From: Terrimicrobiaceae bacterium
Lineage (GTDB): Bacteria > Verrucomicrobiota > Verrucomicrobiia > Chthoniobacterales > Terrimicrobiaceae
Direction: 5' to 3'
Assembly: GCA_041752695.1 (NCBI GenBank)
Contig: JBGSVZ010000089.1
Location: forward strand, 1-33,082
Length of the DNA stretch: 33,082 nucleotides
Below the pieces are notes generated by a model. It was not told the origin of the DNA, made no database searches, and was given only the letters and a program-made list of their open reading frames with translations. Positions 29,142-33,082 of this stretch are shown here, one piece after another. A program made the translations under genes and the position numbers. Positions within the stretch are counted from its first letter, which is position 1. Each line of letters begins with the position of its first letter.

Positions 29142-30049
29142 GAGGATTTGAGAGAAGAATTCCAGTGACCCGCCCCGTGCGAGTGGCCGAGCCCCTCGGG
29201 ATGGCCGGCCTTGATGCTCAGGATGCCTCCGGCACAAATGAGGAGGGTGCCGACCAGCGAAATGAGATCAGGCACATTGCCAAAAAACATCCAGCCGAGC
29301 AGTCCGGAAAAAATCACCACGGTGTAGTTGAACGGCGAAATCTGCGCGGCGCTGGCGCAGCGATAGGCGAGAATGATCAGATACTGGGTGAGCGCATAAA
29401 ATCCTCCGACGCCCAGCAACAGAAGCCACTCCTGTTGCGTCGGGGCCTTCCAAAAGAAAAGGCAGACCGGAATCAGCAACACGGTCGAGATGCCAAAATT
29501 GTAAATCAATATGCGCATGGGCGGCTCGGTCTCGGACAGTTTGTTGGTGGCGACCAGAGCCAGCGCCGAGAACACCGCCGCGCCCAACGCGATGAGGGCG
29601 GCCGGGTTTCGCAACATCTCCGCCCCGGGCTTGATGATCAGAACAATCCCGACCAGCCCGATGAGGAGACTGACCCACACCAGCGGCTGCACGGTTTTGC
29701 GGAACCAGACAAACACCACCAGCGGGATAAAGAGCGGCGCGGCATTGGAAAGCAGCGTCGCATCCATCAGGGAAATGGATTTTACCGCCACAAAAAAGAG
29801 CAATTGACAGACCGCGCCGGCAAGGCTGCGAAAGACCTGCAAACCAAAATGCTCCGTCTTCATCAGCGAAGGACCTTCTTTGGCCAGCGCGGGAAGAAAG
29901 ACCACTAGACTGATCCCGTATTGCAGAAAGAGGAGCAGCAGGGCCGGAACCCCCGCCGCCGCCTTGCTGAATGCGCTCATCACCGCCGCGCAGAAGAACG
30001 CCGCCGTGATCAACGCGATGCCGGCGGGGAGATTGGGTTTCCCGGCCAT
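29138..30049 (-). CDS. EamA/DMT family transporter (about 10 TM) with a His-rich C-tail
   Basis: Two EamA repeats (ATLLSNAAPLF; ASAAQISPFNYT). The start overlaps the GH63 stop (TGATG). Confidence 0.9.
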   Translation of the reverse strand: MAGKPNLPAGIALITAAFFCAAVMSAFSKAAAGVPALLLLFLQYGISLVVFLPALAKEGPSLMKTEHFGLQVFRSLAGAVCQLLFFVAVKSISLMDATLLSNAAPLFIPLVVFVWFRKTVQPLVWVSLLIGLVGIVLIIKPGAEMLRNPAALIALGAAVFSALALVATNKLSETEPPMRILIYNFGISTVLLIPVCLFFWKAPTQQEWLLLLGVGGFYALTQYLIILAYRCASAAQISPFNYTVVIFSGLLGWMFFGNVPDLISLVGTLLICAGGILSIKAGHPEGLGHSHGAGHWNSSLKSS

Positions 30050-32697
30050 CAATCGCGTTCGAAGGTGTGGAGCTGACGGATCATCTTGGCGACGAGCGCA
30101 GTCCAGCCTGTCTGATGACTCGCCCCGACGCCGGCTCCGTTGTCTCCATTGAAATATTCGTTGAAGAGGATGAGATCCTTCCAGTGCGGATCTTTCTGGA
30201 AGAGCTCCACCCCGCCATTGAACGGGCGGTTCCCGTTGGCGTCCCGTTCGAAGATCGAGACCAGCCGTCTTTCCAGCTCCAGCGAAATGTCCCAGAGATT
30301 CATCTCGCGACCGCTGCCCGTTGGAAACTCCACCTTGAAGGTGTCGCCAAAATAAAAACCGAACTTCTGCAGCGACTCGATGAGCAGGTAATTCATCGGC
30401 ATCCAGACGGGACCGCGCCAGTTGGAGTTGCCGCCAAACATCGCCACCGGACTATCAGCCGGACTGTAGCTCAGCGTCTCGGTTTCCTCGCCCTCCGTGA
30501 AGGTGTAGGGCTGATCGAGGTAAACCCGCGAAAGCGCCCGGATGCCATGCGGGGAGAGAAACTCCTTCTCGTCGAAAAGCCGTTCGCACAGCCGCCGCAG
30601 CCGCGCCGGCGGAACCAGCGAGATCAGACGCTTGCCGTCGTTGACCACCCCGATGTGATGCAGTTCATCCAGCAAATGCGGACGGTGGGTCTGGAACCAT
30701 TCGACCCTTTTGCGCAGAAGGGGAAAACGCTGAACCATCTCCATGTCAAAACTCTCGACCGCGAACAACGGTGTGAGCCCGACCAGCGAGCGCGTCTTGA
30801 GGTAATCGGAGGTGCCATCCGAACGGCGCAGGACGTCATAATAAAAGCCGTCCTCGTCGTCCCAAAGGTTGTAACCGCCGGTGCCCTTGGCGTTGATGGC
30901 CGCCGCGAGATAGATGAAGTCGTTGAGAAATTTATCCGCGATGTCCTCATACGCCGGATCTTCGCACGCCAGTTCCAGCGCGATGTTGAGCATGTTGAGT
31001 GCGTAGGACGCCATCCACGCTGTGCCGTCGCTTTGTTCGATCCTGCTGCCGTCCGGCAGGGGGTACCGCCGGTCGAAAATGCCGATGTTATCGAGGCCAA
31101 GGAAACCGCCCTCGAAGACATTGTCCCCCGTCTGATCCACCCGGTTCGCCCACCAGGCGTAGCCCATCAGGAGTTTGTTGAAGGACTTTTTCAGATACTC
31201 CCGATCCCCCGTTCCCTTCAGTCCCCGCTCGATGGAATAAATGCGCCACGCCGCCCAGCCGCCAATGGGCGGATTGGCATCGGAAAGCGCCCATTCATAC
31301 GCCGGCATCTGGGCGCTCGGTGACGTATAACGCTCCCCGCGCAGCATCAACTGCTGGCGTTTTGCCGTGGCCGGATCGATCACGGTAAAGGCCACGGAAT
31401 GAAACATCAGATCCCAGGCGCAGAAATACGGATATTCCCAGCAATCCGGCATGGAAATAACGTCATGGGCATGAAGGTCTTTCCAGAAGGCATTCGGGTG
31501 GTTCCAGCGTTCCTTGGGCGGAACCGGCATGGTCGGATCGCCCTGCAGCCACTGTAGCACGGGCCAGAAATAGAATTTCTTCCCCCACAACAACCCCGCC
31601 AGCGCCCGCCGCTGCACCATGGCGGACTCCTCGGGGAGGTCGGGAGTCAGCGCGGTGTAAAAATCGTCGGCCTCTTTTTTCCGGAGGTGCAAGGTTTCCG
31701 CGAAAGAGGCGTCAAACGGCTCCCCCATCGCCTTCGTCGTCAGCCGCAGCCGCACAACTGAGGTCTCCCCGGGGGCAATCGTCCGCCGGTAAATCGCGCC
31801 TGCCTTGGTCCCGGCGCGCGCCGTATTCACCGCCTCCGGGCGACCCTGAATCAGATAGTCGTGAAACCCATCCTTCACGTGCGGAGCGGGATTGGGCGCA
31901 TGAAACAACCTCTCGTTGTTCGTCTCGTTTTCCGTAAAGACCATTTCCGGCGATCCCTCACAATACCAATGATAAACCGGCAATCCCCACGGCGCGGCCA
32001 CGACCGAGCCGTCCGGCGCGGCGTGGAGTTCGGGCTTGGTAATCCCCTCCTGACCCCACGACCACGTGTTGCGAAACCAAAGTGTCGGCAGCAGGACCAA
32101 CGGAGCCGCTTCGGGTCCCCGATTCACCGCGCTGATCTGAATGCAAAGGTCCTCCGCGTCCGCCTTGGCGTATTCGATGACGATGTCGAAATACCGGCTC
32201 TCGTTAAATATCCCGGTGTCCACCAGTTCATATTCCGGCTCCAGGCGGGACCGTCGGGCGTTTTCTTCGATGAGTTTCTGATACGGAAACTCGCCTTGCG
32301 GATATTTGTAGAGCCCCCGCATATAGCTGTGCGTCGGGGTGTTATCGAGATGATAAAAGTAGTCCTTTACGTCCTCGCCATGATTGCCCTGCGGGTTCGA
32401 CAGCCCGAATGGTCTTTCTTTCAGAATGGGATCCCGACCGTTCCAAAACGTCGGGGTGAAACACATCCGGCAGTCGCTGTCACAAATGCCCAGCAGCCCA
32501 TCCTCGCCCCACCGGTAAACCCGCGAACGTGCATGATCGTGCGGGAAGTACGTCCAGGCGTCCCCATTGGCGGAATAATCCTCCCGCACCGTCCCCCACT
32601 GACGCTCACTCAGATACGGCCCCCACAACCCCCACTTTTCGCGGCCCTGGTCACGCGCGGCAAGGCGCTCGGCTTCAGCTTCAGAAGGCATGGTCAT
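30049..32697 (-). CDS. GH63/MGH1-like glycoside hydrolase (alpha-glucosidase-like), cytoplasmic
   Basis: Motifs WGPYLSERQWGTVREDYS, GNHGEDVK, SMPDCWEYP, GGFLGLDNI, GGNSNWRGPVW and FNEYFNGDNGAGVGASHQTGWT. No signal peptide. The start is 32697 or 32691. Confidence 0.9.
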   Translation of the reverse strand: MTMPSEAEAERLAARDQGREKWGLWGPYLSERQWGTVREDYSANGDAWTYFPHDHARSRVYRWGEDGLLGICDSDCRMCFTPTFWNGRDPILKERPFGLSNPQGNHGEDVKDYFYHLDNTPTHSYMRGLYKYPQGEFPYQKLIEENARRSRLEPEYELVDTGIFNESRYFDIVIEYAKADAEDLCIQISAVNRGPEAAPLVLLPTLWFRNTWSWGQEGITKPELHAAPDGSVVAAPWGLPVYHWYCEGSPEMVFTENETNNERLFHAPNPAPHVKDGFHDYLIQGRPEAVNTARAGTKAGAIYRRTIAPGETSVVRLRLTTKAMGEPFDASFAETLHLRKKEADDFYTALTPDLPEESAMVQRRALAGLLWGKKFYFWPVLQWLQGDPTMPVPPKERWNHPNAFWKDLHAHDVISMPDCWEYPYFCAWDLMFHSVAFTVIDPATAKRQQLMLRGERYTSPSAQMPAYEWALSDANPPIGGWAAWRIYSIERGLKGTGDREYLKKSFNKLLMGYAWWANRVDQTGDNVFEGGFLGLDNIGIFDRRYPLPDGSRIEQSDGTAWMASYALNMLNIALELACEDPAYEDIADKFLNDFIYLAAAINAKGTGGYNLWDDEDGFYYDVLRRSDGTSDYLKTRSLVGLTPLFAVESFDMEMVQRFPLLRKRVEWFQTHRPHLLDELHHIGVVNDGKRLISLVPPARLRRLCERLFDEKEFLSPHGIRALSRVYLDQPYTFTEGEETETLSYSPADSPVAMFGGNSNWRGPVWMPMNYLLIESLQKFGFYFGDTFKVEFPTGSGREMNLWDISLELERRLVSIFERDANGNRPFNGGVELFQKDPHWKDLILFNEYFNGDNGAGVGASHQTGWTALVAKMIRQLHTFERD

Positions 32698-32845
32698 CGA
32701 CTCTCAGAAAATGCCGATCCTGTCATTACACAAAACCGTCACAGGCGAAACGGCGCGCCTTCGGGGCGGCGGTGATTTCAGGACCCAACCGTTTCCGGCC
32801 CGGAGGTCTCACGACCATCGCTCCTTGGAATGCGAAACAATTCTG

Positions 32846-33082
32846 TCAGGCCTTGGACCGGCGGGGAGCGGGGGATGAAGCAAACAATAAAGGGGGTTCC
32901 GATGGCAACGGGGCCAGGCCCAATTCCCACAGAACCGCATTATGGCTGGCGGTGGCGGCCTGGATGCGTTCTTCGATCTTGATCAAGTCGGCCTGGGTCT
33001 GCGCGAGATCGATCTCCTCCTCACCCACTGCGGTGCTGATGTAGCGGGAGATGTTCAGGTTGAAGTCGTTCTTCGTAATCTC
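32846..33082 (-). CDS. hsdM: Type I restriction-modification methyltransferase subunit M, C-terminal end (partial, runs off the window)
   Basis: The frame is open from the edge: EITKNDFNLNISRYISTAVGEEEIDLAQTQADLIKIEERIQAATASHNAVLWELGLAPLP..., matching the HsdM C-terminal NLNISRY...EEIDL...HNxxLxELGL pattern. Confidence 0.85.
   Translation of the reverse strand, partial: EITKNDFNLNISRYISTAVGEEEIDLAQTQADLIKIEERIQAATASHNAVLWELGLAPLPSEPPLLFASSPAPRRSKA

Overview
GC-rich bacterial chromosomal segment, most consistent with a Verrucomicrobiota (Spartobacteria/Terrimicrobium-like) genome. That assignment is inferred from the PEP-CTERM protein, the mostly SD-less starts and the gene set. Left to right: an AT-rich att-like flank and tRNA-Val(GAC); a small DMT (DUF486) protein; a divergent oxyR-katG pair with a clear four-part OxyR box; a PAS hybrid histidine kinase directly downstream of a lone nuoD, which is divergent from a type II NADH dehydrogenase; a ketopantoate reductase-like gene; a small secreted protein; purine nucleoside phosphorylase; a 990-aa secreted TPR protein; an AI-2E transporter; an HtrA-type protease; a ~2000-aa Gly-rich AQSIGGGGG-repeat surface protein ending in PEP-CTERM, bracketed exactly by two directly repeated REP doublets; an Mla-type mlaEFD operon led by a Cys-less HMA-like protein; YoaK and SOUL genes; a GH63 glucosidase-EamA-gluconolactonase-glucose dehydrogenase operon; and the 3' end of a type I R-M hsdM at the right edge. 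I found no CRISPR array, integrase or transposase. All calls come from motif recognition by eye; no searches were run. The best leads are the REP-bracketed PEP-CTERM adhesin cassette, the HMA-like partner of the Mla system, the nuoD/kinase/ndh redox cluster and the GH63-oxidation-export operon.
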